From the IMG/VR virus record IMGVR_UViG_3300042992_000372: 20,000 nt of DNA; one strand, given 5' to 3'. Positions 8,464 through 17,224 of this stretch are shown here, in pieces. The position numbers and the translations under genes are program-made. Each line of letters begins with the position of its first letter. Within the stretch, counting starts at the first letter, position 1. The notes beneath the pieces were generated by a model, which saw nothing but the letters and a program-made list of their open reading frames with translations, ran no database searches and had not been told where the DNA came from. Source of the DNA: an uncultured virus (IMG/VR IMGVR_UViG_3300042992_000372) (taxonomy: Duplodnaviria > Heunggongvirae > Uroviricota > Caudoviricetes).

Positions 8464-8931
8464 ATGCAATTAAGTAAAAATTTAGCACTTGCAGAAGTAA
8501 CAAGAAGTGAGACTGCAAAAAGAAGAGGAATTAGTAATATGCCTACACCAGAGCATATTGAGAACTTCAAGAAATTGGCTGAAAATGTATTTCAACCAAT
8601 CCGTGAACACTTTGGTGTTCCTATCCATTTAAGCTCAGGATACCGTTCCGCTGCTTTGAATAAGGCTGTGGGTGGCGCATCTTCATCACAACATTGTAAA
8701 GGAGAAGCTATTGACATTGATATGGATGGTAGTTCAAATGGTGTAACTAATAAAATGGTATTTGACTTTATCAAAGCAAATGTTAATTTTGATCAACTTA
8801 TCTGGGAATTTGGTACAGATACTAATCCTGACTGGGTGCATGTATCTTACAACTCAGATGGTGCACAACGTAAGCAAATCCTTAAAGCTGTTAAGGCAGG
8901 TAGTGCTACTAAATATCTTCCACTTAAATAA
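8464..8931 (+). CDS. Endolysin, peptidase M15 family (Zn-dependent, Peptidase_M15_3-like)
   Basis: Motifs SSGYRS..LN..VGGA..SQH.KGEA.DI and WVHVSY supply the His/Asp/His zinc ligands. Confidence 0.9.
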   Translation: MQLSKNLALAEVTRSETAKRRGISNMPTPEHIENFKKLAENVFQPIREHFGVPIHLSSGYRSAALNKAVGGASSSQHCKGEAIDIDMDGSSNGVTNKMVFDFIKANVNFDQLIWEFGTDTNPDWVHVSYNSDGAQRKQILKAVKAGSATKYLPLK

Positions 8932-8937
8932 TAACTT

Positions 8938-9096
8938 ATGAAGTTTAGAAACGGCTGGGATAGTTATACAAAGCAATGGGATAAGTTTGCAATTAAGTTA
9001 AGAGTATCTTTTATTGATGTACTCTCTGTTGAAATTGATATCTCTAGAAGCTTTTACTTACTTACTATCTTAAACTTTACAATTAAAAACAGATAA
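8938..9096 (+). CDS. Small hypothetical protein, 52 aa (not in the ORF track)
   Basis: ATG at 8938 to TAA at 9096 encodes MKFRNGWDSYTKQWDKFAIKLRVSFIDVLSVEIDISRSFYLLTILNFTIKNR. It fills the gap between neighbours with 6-nt and 2-nt spacers. Confidence 0.75.
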   Translation: MKFRNGWDSYTKQWDKFAIKLRVSFIDVLSVEIDISRSFYLLTILNFTIKNR

Positions 9097-9098
9097 TC

Positions 9099-9404
9099 AT
9101 GATAGATAGTAAAAATCAAATGATCCGTTCTATGAAGAGTTACCAAACAGGTGGTGCTTCTGATGATTCTTGTATGGAAGAATATACAGGTGCTGACGGT
9201 AAAAGAAGAAGAAGACGCAAAAGTGGTTGTGGTAAAGTAACTAAATATGGAAAACGTAGTATTCCTGAAGGAGTTAAAAAAGCTGTAGGTGCTTTAGCAA
9301 CAGGAGTTGCTGGTGCTTTAGTTTATAAAAACCGTGATGCTATTAAAGAAAAATTAGGTATGAAAAAAGGTGGTACTGTAAAAAGAACTGCTAAGAAAAA
9401 GTAA
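9099..9404 (+). CDS. Small highly basic protein with xxxGG motifs (possible virion core/DNA-binding protein)
   Basis: KRRRRRK tract, YQTGG and MKKGG motifs, and a short hydrophobic Gly/Ala helix AVGALATGVAGALVY. Confidence 0.6.
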   Translation: MIDSKNQMIRSMKSYQTGGASDDSCMEEYTGADGKRRRRRKSGCGKVTKYGKRSIPEGVKKAVGALATGVAGALVYKNRDAIKEKLGMKKGGTVKRTAKKK

Positions 9405-9423
9405 CATTACTTAAACTACTATG

Positions 9424-9457
9424 ATCCAGGTACTTTCTGTGCCTGGATTTTTTATTT
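9424..9457 (+). terminator. Rho-independent terminator
   Basis: Stem ATCCAGGTAC / GTGCCTGGAT (10 bp including one G:U), loop TTTCT, then TTTTTATTT, 19 nt after the stop at 9404. Confidence 0.85.
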
Positions 9458-9476
9458 AAACAATATACATTTAAAC

Positions 9477-9492
9477 TTATTTTGTATATTTG
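9477..9492 (+). promoter_or_regulatory. Candidate promoter TTATTTTGTATATTTG (recurrent motif copy 2; includes Bacteroidota -7 TAnnTTTG at 9485-9492)
   Basis: It follows the terminator and lies 23 nt upstream of the ATG at 9516. The 14-mer TTATTTTGTATATT is identical to 17225-17238. Confidence 0.7.
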
Positions 9493-9515
9493 TTCTAAAC
9501 CAAAAATTAATTATT

Positions 9516-9827
9516 ATGGAAAACCAACAAGAAAGAGAGTTTACAGCTGAAGAGTTGGCTGCTCAAAAAGAACAAATGCTTCAATTCTATACTGATTCCT
9601 TGCCCTACTTAGAAGCACAACTCAAGTATGAAGAAGTTCTTATGAAGATTGATGAGGTAAGATATAAGAGAACGCACATTCAAATGCAGTATGCTATGAT
9701 GGCTCAATCTCAACAAGAACAAGAATTAGAACCAGAAGATGAGTTAGAAGAAAGAGGTTCTGATAATGATATTGATAAAGAACCTTCTATGCCTGAGCAG
9801 AGTAAAAGAAAGCTCAGAAAAGGATAG
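9516..9827 (+). CDS. Hypothetical protein (helical core, acidic tail, basic C-terminus)
   Basis: 103-aa ORF with ATG start, downstream of the promoter motif and tightly packed with the next gene. Confidence 0.75.
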   Translation: MENQQEREFTAEELAAQKEQMLQFYTDSLPYLEAQLKYEEVLMKIDEVRYKRTHIQMQYAMMAQSQQEQELEPEDELEERGSDNDIDKEPSMPEQSKRKLRKG

Positions 9828-9829
9828 TC

Positions 9830-10210
9830 ATGGCTATAGTTAATCAAGTACAGAAAAGAGTAAAAATGCCTAAATGGGATCTGGTCAAGTATCAGATCCT
9901 AACGCATTGTTACATTAATAAACTTTCTCTAAGTGAATCTGACTTGAACTGTTTAACACTATTAAGCTTTAATCAACCAGTTGAACTAACAGACTTCTGT
10001 TATGATGCTTCTTCAGAAGAAGGTTGGATCTTTAAATCCCCACAGACTGTAAGGAATTCTATAAATAAAGCAGAGAAGATAGGGCTTGTTATAAGAAGTG
10101 ATGATAATAAAAAGTCTATAATATTAAATCCAAATATGATGGTGCAAACAGAGGGTACAGTTTTATTAGATTTTAAGTTCTTAGGTACTGATTCTCAAGA
10201 AGCTGAATAG
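9830..10210 (+). CDS. Putative winged-helix DNA-binding protein (RepL/MarR-like fold)
   Basis: The pattern LSESDLNCLTLL...SPQTVRNSINKAEKIGLVIR...IILNP is typical of a wHTH recognition helix plus wing. Confidence 0.6.
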   Translation: MAIVNQVQKRVKMPKWDLVKYQILTHCYINKLSLSESDLNCLTLLSFNQPVELTDFCYDASSEEGWIFKSPQTVRNSINKAEKIGLVIRSDDNKKSIILNPNMMVQTEGTVLLDFKFLGTDSQEAE

Positions 10211-10609
10211 ATGAATCCTAAAAAATCTAGTACTCTATACAAGGAAGTTGCAGAAGAACTAAATGTTTTAGAAAGCCTTGTCGGTGATATGGTAGAGTTT
10301 TATTATAAAGATCTTAGAAGTCAGTTAAGTAGTCTTAAGCATCCAAGAATAAATGTAGAAGGTTTAGGCCAGTTTGTTATAAAACAAAAACTAGCAGAAG
10401 TTTACATATCAAAGTTAACTAAAATGCTTCCTACTCATGACGTATCAACCTTTAGAGCATACCATAATAAAAAAGCTATGCAAGAAAAGCTTCAGTTATT
10501 AAATGATGTGTCTGTAAAGATTGAACAGGAAAAAAAGAGAAAAGAAGAATTTACTAAAAACAAAAATAATGAAAGCAGCACTCAGAGCAATTTGGGAGAA
10601 CAAGACTAA
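10211..10609 (+). CDS. HU/IHF-like DNA-binding protein
   Basis: The segment LYKEVAEELNV....VGDMVEFYYKDLRSQL......INVEGLGQFVIK matches the HU/IHF helix-helix-strand signature (I.GLG.F). The C-terminal half is helical and divergent. Confidence 0.7.
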   Translation: MNPKKSSTLYKEVAEELNVLESLVGDMVEFYYKDLRSQLSSLKHPRINVEGLGQFVIKQKLAEVYISKLTKMLPTHDVSTFRAYHNKKAMQEKLQLLNDVSVKIEQEKKRKEEFTKNKNNESSTQSNLGEQD

Positions 10610-10862
10610 GATCATTGAAGGCATTAAGAACTCAGTTATTAGAGATGAGTTTGTAGAAGATGTTGCCCGCATGAGATATGATGTCTGTGATGAATGCCCA
10701 AGTAAGGGAAAGAAATGTGCAGTAAAGGGTACAGCACCATGTTGTAATGAATGTGGATGCTCATTAACTTTTAAGACAAGATCTCTTTCTTCAGAATGTC
10801 CTCTTGGTAAATGGCAAGCAATTGCTACAGAAGAGGAAGAAGATAAACTAGAACAATTATGA
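10569..10862 (+). CDS. Small Cys-rich putative Zn-binding protein, 97 aa
   Basis: ATG at 10569 is preferred over TTG at 10521. Motif R...CDEC......C.......CCNECGC....K.......CPLGKW. Confidence 0.7.
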   Translation: MKAALRAIWENKTKIIEGIKNSVIRDEFVEDVARMRYDVCDECPSKGKKCAVKGTAPCCNECGCSLTFKTRSLSSECPLGKWQAIATEEEEDKLEQL

Positions 10863-11695
10863 GCATAGTATTTAATGCAGATGACCACAGTTATGTTAGT
10901 GTAGATCCAAATGATCAGATCAAATGGACTAGTGTAACAACATTGATATCTTGTTTAAAGAAACCTTTTGATGCAAAAAAAGTAGCAGAGAGAGTAACTA
11001 AGAGCAAGAGATCAAAATGGTATGGTGTAGAACCCAAACTCATTGTACAGATATGGGATAATGAAGCTACTAGAGCTACAACACTTGGTACATTCTATCA
11101 TAACCAAAGAGAATCTGACTTATGTTCATTGGCTTCTATAGAAAGAGAAGGGGTAACAGTTCCAGTATTTAAACCTTATGAAGGAGAGAATGGTTTAAAA
11201 ATAGCACCTCTACAAAAACTAGATCCAGGTATATATCCTGAACATATGGTCTATCTTAAGTCAGCAGGTTTATGTGGCCAATCAGATTTAGTTGAAGTAG
11301 TCAATGGTAGAGTTAATATTATTGACTACAAAACTAATAAGGAGATTAAAACAGAATCTTTTAAGAACTGGGAGGGCATGTCAGAAAAAATGCTTGATCC
11401 AGTACAGCATTTAGATGATTGCAACTTTAATCACTATGCATTACAACTCAGTGTTTATATGTATATTATATTAAAGCATAACCCTAAATTACAGGCTGGA
11501 AAGATATTTATACATCATATTACATTTGAAGTAGATGGTGAAGACAAATATGGTTATCCAATATCTAAACTAGATGTAAATGGTGAACCTATTGTTAAAG
11601 AAGTTATTCAGATGCCGGTACCTTATTTATATGATGAAGTCATTTCAATAATTAACTTTATGAAAGAGTTCCCACACTTAATTAAAAAGAAATGA
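10859..11695 (+). CDS. PD-(D/E)XK superfamily nuclease (Cas4/RecB-like exonuclease)
   Basis: Motifs SVTTLI, GTFYH, PEHMVY, CGQSDLV, IIDYKTN and HYALQLSVY. Confidence 0.85.
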   Translation: MSIVFNADDHSYVSVDPNDQIKWTSVTTLISCLKKPFDAKKVAERVTKSKRSKWYGVEPKLIVQIWDNEATRATTLGTFYHNQRESDLCSLASIEREGVTVPVFKPYEGENGLKIAPLQKLDPGIYPEHMVYLKSAGLCGQSDLVEVVNGRVNIIDYKTNKEIKTESFKNWEGMSEKMLDPVQHLDDCNFNHYALQLSVYMYIILKHNPKLQAGKIFIHHITFEVDGEDKYGYPISKLDVNGEPIVKEVIQMPVPYLYDEVISIINFMKEFPHLIKKK

Positions 11696-12207
11696 TTGTA
11701 AGACTATTTGATGTTCAGAATGGTAAAGTAATTCCTACAGAACATTGTTATACACTTAAAGCACTTAAAGATGTCATGGATAACTATCCAGATGATTATC
11801 TTAAAGTATATCTATATCTCTTCTATATGACATGTCCTAACCCGGATATGAATCCTTTTTTTCATACTCCAGAAGTAGATAAAGAACATATTATATTAAA
11901 AGAGATAGAAGCAGAATTCTCTACAGAGGATGATGATATACATACAGCTCTCTTATTCTGCCAGAGAATGTATGAGACTCCTACATCTAGAGCATACAAA
12001 GGTATGGCATCTATGTTAGATAGATTAGCTAGATATATGGAGACTACGCAGATTACTGCAGGTAGAGATGGTAATATTAACTCTCTTGTAGCAGCAGCAA
12101 AAAACTTTGACCAGATTAGAGCATCATTTAAAGGAGTATATAAAGATCTTCAAGATGAGCAATCTAGTAAAGTAAGAGGTGGAATCGGAATGGCATATGA
12201 CCAGTAA
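11692..12207 (+). CDS. Hypothetical helical protein directly upstream of TerL; candidate terminase small subunit
   Basis: 171 aa and predicted helical. It ends 2 nt before the TerL start and has a C-terminal VRGG motif. The function is inferred from position only. Confidence 0.5.
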   Translation: MIVRLFDVQNGKVIPTEHCYTLKALKDVMDNYPDDYLKVYLYLFYMTCPNPDMNPFFHTPEVDKEHIILKEIEAEFSTEDDDIHTALLFCQRMYETPTSRAYKGMASMLDRLARYMETTQITAGRDGNINSLVAAAKNFDQIRASFKGVYKDLQDEQSSKVRGGIGMAYDQ

Positions 12208-12209
12208 CT

Positions 12210-14417
12210 ATGAGTGAAATCTATCAAGACATACCAACCTATGATAACGGACAATGGACAACCACAAACTTTGACTCCAGAGAGGACTTCAACAACTTCA
12301 TATTTGGAGTTTTCAAGGAACCTGGTAAGTACGGCTTCAACGACACTACTAATCAGATATTTATATCAGAGTCAAACAAGTTTAGAAGTGATGGAGTATA
12401 TTGCACAGCCCCCTTTAAGTCTAAGGACTTTGTAAACTATTGGGATGACCAAAAGCAAAAATGTAGAAAAGGTATTATTGTAAAAGATAGTACTAACACA
12501 TGGTTTCTTGCAAGAGAGTACTACATGTGGTTAAATTTTTTACCAATCTTTGATAAAGAACTACAGAAGTTTGGATTTGCTAAGATTCGAGATGCTCAGT
12601 ATCACATGGCTCTTTATGAACTACTAGCAGAGTTAAACTATAAACATGTAGGTATTCTAAAGAAACGTCAGATTGCATCTTCATACTACCACATGGGTAA
12701 ACTTATAAATCAGCAATGGTTTGAGCCCGGGGTTACTCTTAAGATTGGTGCATCACTTAAGGATTATATAAATGAGAAAGGTTCCTGGAAATTCTTACAG
12801 GAGTATGCAGCATTTTTAAATGAGCATACAGCATGGTATAGACCTATGTCTCCAGACAAGGTAATGATGTGGCAACAGAAGATTGAAGTTAGAAAAGGAG
12901 ATAGAAAAACAGAAGTTGGTCTCAAGGGTACTATACAAGGTATGTCATTTGAGAAAGATCCAACAAATGGTGTAGGGGGTCCGGTAAAATACTTCTTCCA
13001 TGAGGAGGCAGGTATTGCTCCAAAGATGGATCAGACATATGAGTATATGCGCCCAGCCATGAGATCAGGTATGGTTACTACAGGTATGTTCATTGCAGCA
13101 GGATCTGTGGGTGACTTGTCCCAGTGTGAACCACTAAGAGACATGATCTTGAATCCACTTTCAAAAGATATTTATGCAGTTGAAACTGATCTTATTGATG
13201 AAAAAGGTACTACTGGTTTGTCAGGATTGTTTATTCCTGAGCAATGGTCAATGCCTCCCTATATTGATGACTTTGGTAACTCTCTTGTAACTGAAGCTCT
13301 AGAAGCTTTAGATAGACAGTTTGAGCAGTGGAAGAAAGAACTTAATCCAGAAGACTATCAGCTTAGGATATCTCAGCACCCAAGAAATATTAGAGAAGCA
13401 TTTGCACATAGATCAGTATCTTTATTTCCTACACACTTGGTTGCTGCACAGCAAAGAAGAATTGAGGAGAAAGAATATGCTTATGAGTTCTTAGATATCT
13501 TTACTGATGACATGGGTAAAATTACTGTAAGATCTACAGATAAGCAACCTATTAAAGAGTTTCCAGTATCCAAGAAATTAGAAGACAAAACAGGAGTACT
13601 TGTTGTATGGGAAAGACCTATTAAAGATCCAACCTTTGGACAATACTATGCATCTATTGACCCCGTGTCAGAAGGTAAAACAACAACATCAGAATCACTC
13701 TGTTCTATTTATATTATGAAAGCTCCTGTAGAAGTAACTAAAGTTACTATGGGAGAAACTGAAACATACATAGAACCAGATAAGATTGTAGCTGCATGGT
13801 GTGGTAGGTTTGATGATATCAACAAAACTCATCAGAGACTAGAGTTAATTATTGAATGGTACAATGCTTGGACAGTAATTGAGAACAACATTTCACTATT
13901 TATCCAATACATGATATCTAAAAAGAAACAAAGATATCTTGTACCTAAGAGTCAGATCATGTTCTTGAAAGATCTGGGTGCAAATGCTAACGTATTCCAG
14001 GAGTATGGTTGGAAAAACACAGGTACATTATTTAAAGCACACTTGTTAAGTTATACCATTGAGTACTGTAAAGAGGAACTAGATGTAGAAACTAAAACAG
14101 ATGGTACTATTGTAAGAACCAAATATGGAATAGAACGTATTCCAGATCCTATGTTACTTAAAGAAATGCAAGAATATGCAGATGGTGTCAACGTGGATAG
14201 ACTTGTTTCATTTGCAGCCTTAGTTGCTTTCATGAGAATACAGCAAGCTAACAGAGGTTACTCTAAGAGAGTTATCATGGATGATGCTTCTAAAAACTTG
14301 CAAAAGTCAAATAATTTGTTTAAATTAAATAGAACCCCGTTCCGTCATATGGGACAGGGGTCTAAAGTTATTAATGGGCAAGTTTTTAATAGGTCAGCTT
14401 TTAAAAACTTTAAATAG
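12210..14417 (+). CDS. terL: Terminase large subunit
   Basis: Degenerate Walker A ILKKRQIASSY, Walker B YFFHEEAG, coupling motif AAGSVG, RNase H-like nuclease motifs YASIDPV, VIENN and NVDRLVSF. Located upstream of the portal gene. Confidence 0.92.
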   Translation: MSEIYQDIPTYDNGQWTTTNFDSREDFNNFIFGVFKEPGKYGFNDTTNQIFISESNKFRSDGVYCTAPFKSKDFVNYWDDQKQKCRKGIIVKDSTNTWFLAREYYMWLNFLPIFDKELQKFGFAKIRDAQYHMALYELLAELNYKHVGILKKRQIASSYYHMGKLINQQWFEPGVTLKIGASLKDYINEKGSWKFLQEYAAFLNEHTAWYRPMSPDKVMMWQQKIEVRKGDRKTEVGLKGTIQGMSFEKDPTNGVGGPVKYFFHEEAGIAPKMDQTYEYMRPAMRSGMVTTGMFIAAGSVGDLSQCEPLRDMILNPLSKDIYAVETDLIDEKGTTGLSGLFIPEQWSMPPYIDDFGNSLVTEALEALDRQFEQWKKELNPEDYQLRISQHPRNIREAFAHRSVSLFPTHLVAAQQRRIEEKEYAYEFLDIFTDDMGKITVRSTDKQPIKEFPVSKKLEDKTGVLVVWERPIKDPTFGQYYASIDPVSEGKTTTSESLCSIYIMKAPVEVTKVTMGETETYIEPDKIVAAWCGRFDDINKTHQRLELIIEWYNAWTVIENNISLFIQYMISKKKQRYLVPKSQIMFLKDLGANANVFQEYGWKNTGTLFKAHLLSYTIEYCKEELDVETKTDGTIVRTKYGIERIPDPMLLKEMQEYADGVNVDRLVSFAALVAFMRIQQANRGYSKRVIMDDASKNLQKSNNLFKLNRTPFRHMGQGSKVINGQVFNRSAFKNFK

Positions 14418-14422
14418 TAGAT

Positions 14423-17167
14423 ATGCAGGTATATAATGCTTTACAATTAAAAAAGGGTGCTAAGGTTGAGCAAAACAGACTTGGTAGTGTTATGCAACCA
14501 CTTCAGTTCGTACCTGAGAAAGAGAAGGATGATGAGTGGGCTGCCTGGAACTTAGACTGGTTAGAATGGAATGGTCTAAAACAAATCCGTAGAAATGCCC
14601 GCAAGTTAATGAAGAACTACAAACTTGCAAAAGGTATCATTGATAGAACTGACTATATTATAGAAGAGAACAATGAGTACAAAGATGTTGTAGAACTACT
14701 TACCAAAGATGACCCCTCAGTACTAGAACTAAAGTTCTATCCTATTATTCCAAATGTTGTTAATGTTCTTGTAGCTGAATTTGCTAAGAGATCTACTAAA
14801 CTTACATACAGAGCTATTGATGAGCATTCATATAATGAAATGCTTGAGCAAAAAAGAGCAATGGTAGAAGAGACTCTTATGGCTGATGCTCAGATGAAGA
14901 TTGTTACTTCTCTCATTGAACAAGGTCTAGATCCAGAATCTGCAGAAGCACAAGAAGAACTTTCTCCAGACAAACTCAAAACACTTCCCGAAATTGAACA
15001 ATTCTTTAAAAAGAGTTATAGATCAATGGTGGAAGAATGGGCAACTCATCAACATAAAGTAGATGTTGAGAGATTTAGAATGGAAGAACTTGAAGAAAGA
15101 GGTTTCCGTGACATGCTTATTACAGATAGAGAGTTTTGGCATTTTCATATGATGGAAGATGATTATGAAGTAGAGCTCTGGAATCCTGCAGTTACATTCT
15201 ACCATAAATCTCCAGATGCAAGATATATTTCTCAAGGTAACTGGGTAGGTAAAATTGACATGCTTACTGTATCTGATGTTATTGATAAGTTTGGTTATAT
15301 CATGACAGAAGAGCAACTTGAGGCTCTTGAAGCAATTTATCCTATCAGATCTGCAGGTTATAATATTGGTGGACTACAGAATGATGGTTCATTCTATGAT
15401 GCTACTAAAACTCATGACTGGAATACTAATATGCCATCACTTGCATATAGACAATATACTTCTGCTGTAGCAGGTTCTGTATACAATGGTGGAGATATTA
15501 TAAATCAAATCTTATCACAAGGAGAAGACTACTTTGATCAGGGTACAGCATTCTTACTTAGAGTAACTACCGGTTACTGGAAGTCTCAAAGAAAAGTAGG
15601 TCATCTAACTAAAGTAACTGATACCGGAGAAGTACTTACTGAAATTATTACAGAAGACTATAAGGTAACAGATAAACCTGTATATGATACAAGACTCTTT
15701 AAGAACAAGACAAGAGATAACGTAATCTTTGGAGAGCATATTGACTGGATCTGGGTAAATGAAGTTTGGGGTGGTATTAAGATTGGTCCTAACTTACCTT
15801 CTTTCTGGGGTATGAATAACCCTGGTGGGTTTTCTCCAATTTATATTGGTATACAGAATAACCATATTGCTCCACTTAAGTTTCAATTTAAGGGAGACAA
15901 TAGTTTGTATGGTTGTAAGTTGCCAGTAGAAGGCTCCGTATTCTCAGATAGAAATACTAAGTCTACTGCACTTATTGATTTAATGAAACCATACCAGATT
16001 GGATACAACATTGTAAATAATCAGATTGCAGATATCTTAGTAGATGAACTTGGTACAGTAATTATGCTTGACCAAAATAGTTTACCCAAGCACTCACTTG
16101 GTGAAGACTGGGGTAAGGGTAATTATGCTAATGCATATGTAGCAATGAAGAACTTCCAAATTCTTCCTCTTGATACATCTATTACAAATACAGAGAATGC
16201 ATTAAACTTTAACCATTTCCAAAAATTAGATCTAGCTCAGACAGAAAGATTAATGTCAAGAATTCAATTGGCTAATCACTTTAAGCAACAAGCATATGAA
16301 GTAATTGGTGTCAATCCACAGAGAATGGGACAACAGTTATCTCAGATGACTGCTACAGGTGTAGAACAAGCAGCTGCGGCTTCTTATGCACAGACAGAGA
16401 TATTCTTTATCCAACACTGTGATTATCTAATGCCTAGAGTACATCAAATGCGTACAGACCTAGCACAATACTATAACTCAACTAAACCATCTGCAAGACT
16501 AAGTTATATTAGTGGAGCAGATGAAAAAGTAAATTTTGAGATTAATGGTACAGATCTCCTAATGAGAGACCTTAACATATTCTGTAGTACCACTGCAAAC
16601 CATAGAGCTGTTCTTGAACAGTTAAAGCAAATGGCTATGCAAAATAATACTACTGGTGCATCTATCTATGATCTAGGTAAAGTTGTTCAATCTGAATCTG
16701 TAGCTGAACTTAGTACAGCACTTAAAGATTCTGAAGAAAAACAACAAGCTCAGAAACAACAAGAAATGCAACAGCAGCAAGAAATGCAGCAACAACAAAT
16801 TCAGTCTCAACAACAAATTGAGAAAATGAAAATTGATTCTGTTGCTGCTGAGAAAGAGAAAGATAGACAAAGAGATATTCTAGTTGCTGAAATTAGAGCT
16901 GCCGGTATGGGTGCTATGACTGATGTAAATAAAAACATGGAATCTGACTATATGGATGCCATGAAAGATATTAGACAAACAGAGCAGTATCAACAACAAA
17001 CAGATCTTCAAAGAGAGAAACAAACTAATGAAAACATGAGACAATCTCAGAAGATGGATCTTGAAAGACAGAAGTTACAAACTCAGAGAGAAATAGCAGA
17101 TAAACAACTACAAGTAGCTAGAGAAAATAAAAATAGATTTGATAAAAAATCTTCTGAGAAGAAATAG
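14423..17167 (+). CDS. Portal protein (crAss-like, 914 aa)
   Basis: Lies between TerL and scaffold/MCP. Portal-like motifs YPIIPNVVNVLVAE, LIDLMKPYQIGYNIVNNQ and IGVNPQRMGQ...TATGVEQA, with a long Gln-rich coiled-coil C-terminus. Confidence 0.88.
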   Translation: MQVYNALQLKKGAKVEQNRLGSVMQPLQFVPEKEKDDEWAAWNLDWLEWNGLKQIRRNARKLMKNYKLAKGIIDRTDYIIEENNEYKDVVELLTKDDPSVLELKFYPIIPNVVNVLVAEFAKRSTKLTYRAIDEHSYNEMLEQKRAMVEETLMADAQMKIVTSLIEQGLDPESAEAQEELSPDKLKTLPEIEQFFKKSYRSMVEEWATHQHKVDVERFRMEELEERGFRDMLITDREFWHFHMMEDDYEVELWNPAVTFYHKSPDARYISQGNWVGKIDMLTVSDVIDKFGYIMTEEQLEALEAIYPIRSAGYNIGGLQNDGSFYDATKTHDWNTNMPSLAYRQYTSAVAGSVYNGGDIINQILSQGEDYFDQGTAFLLRVTTGYWKSQRKVGHLTKVTDTGEVLTEIITEDYKVTDKPVYDTRLFKNKTRDNVIFGEHIDWIWVNEVWGGIKIGPNLPSFWGMNNPGGFSPIYIGIQNNHIAPLKFQFKGDNSLYGCKLPVEGSVFSDRNTKSTALIDLMKPYQIGYNIVNNQIADILVDELGTVIMLDQNSLPKHSLGEDWGKGNYANAYVAMKNFQILPLDTSITNTENALNFNHFQKLDLAQTERLMSRIQLANHFKQQAYEVIGVNPQRMGQQLSQMTATGVEQAAAASYAQTEIFFIQHCDYLMPRVHQMRTDLAQYYNSTKPSARLSYISGADEKVNFEINGTDLLMRDLNIFCSTTANHRAVLEQLKQMAMQNNTTGASIYDLGKVVQSESVAELSTALKDSEEKQQAQKQQEMQQQQEMQQQQIQSQQQIEKMKIDSVAAEKEKDRQRDILVAEIRAAGMGAMTDVNKNMESDYMDAMKDIRQTEQYQQQTDLQREKQTNENMRQSQKMDLERQKLQTQREIADKQLQVARENKNRFDKKSSEKK

Positions 17168-17224
17168 ATAATGGCTAGCTATATAGTCCAAAAAATTATC
17201 ATTCCTATTTTAAATATTTGAAGT

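Noticed and set aside
10859..11695. Cas4 or CRISPR-associated function for the nuclease
   Set aside because: It lacks the four-Cys Fe-S cluster pattern, and there are no cas genes or array nearby. A generic phage PD-(D/E)XK nuclease is more parsimonious.
17167..17200. Imperfect inverted repeat after the portal stop (GATAAT...CTATATAG...ATTATC)
   Set aside because: The stem is short and AT-rich with no proper U-tract, too weak to call a terminator or operator.
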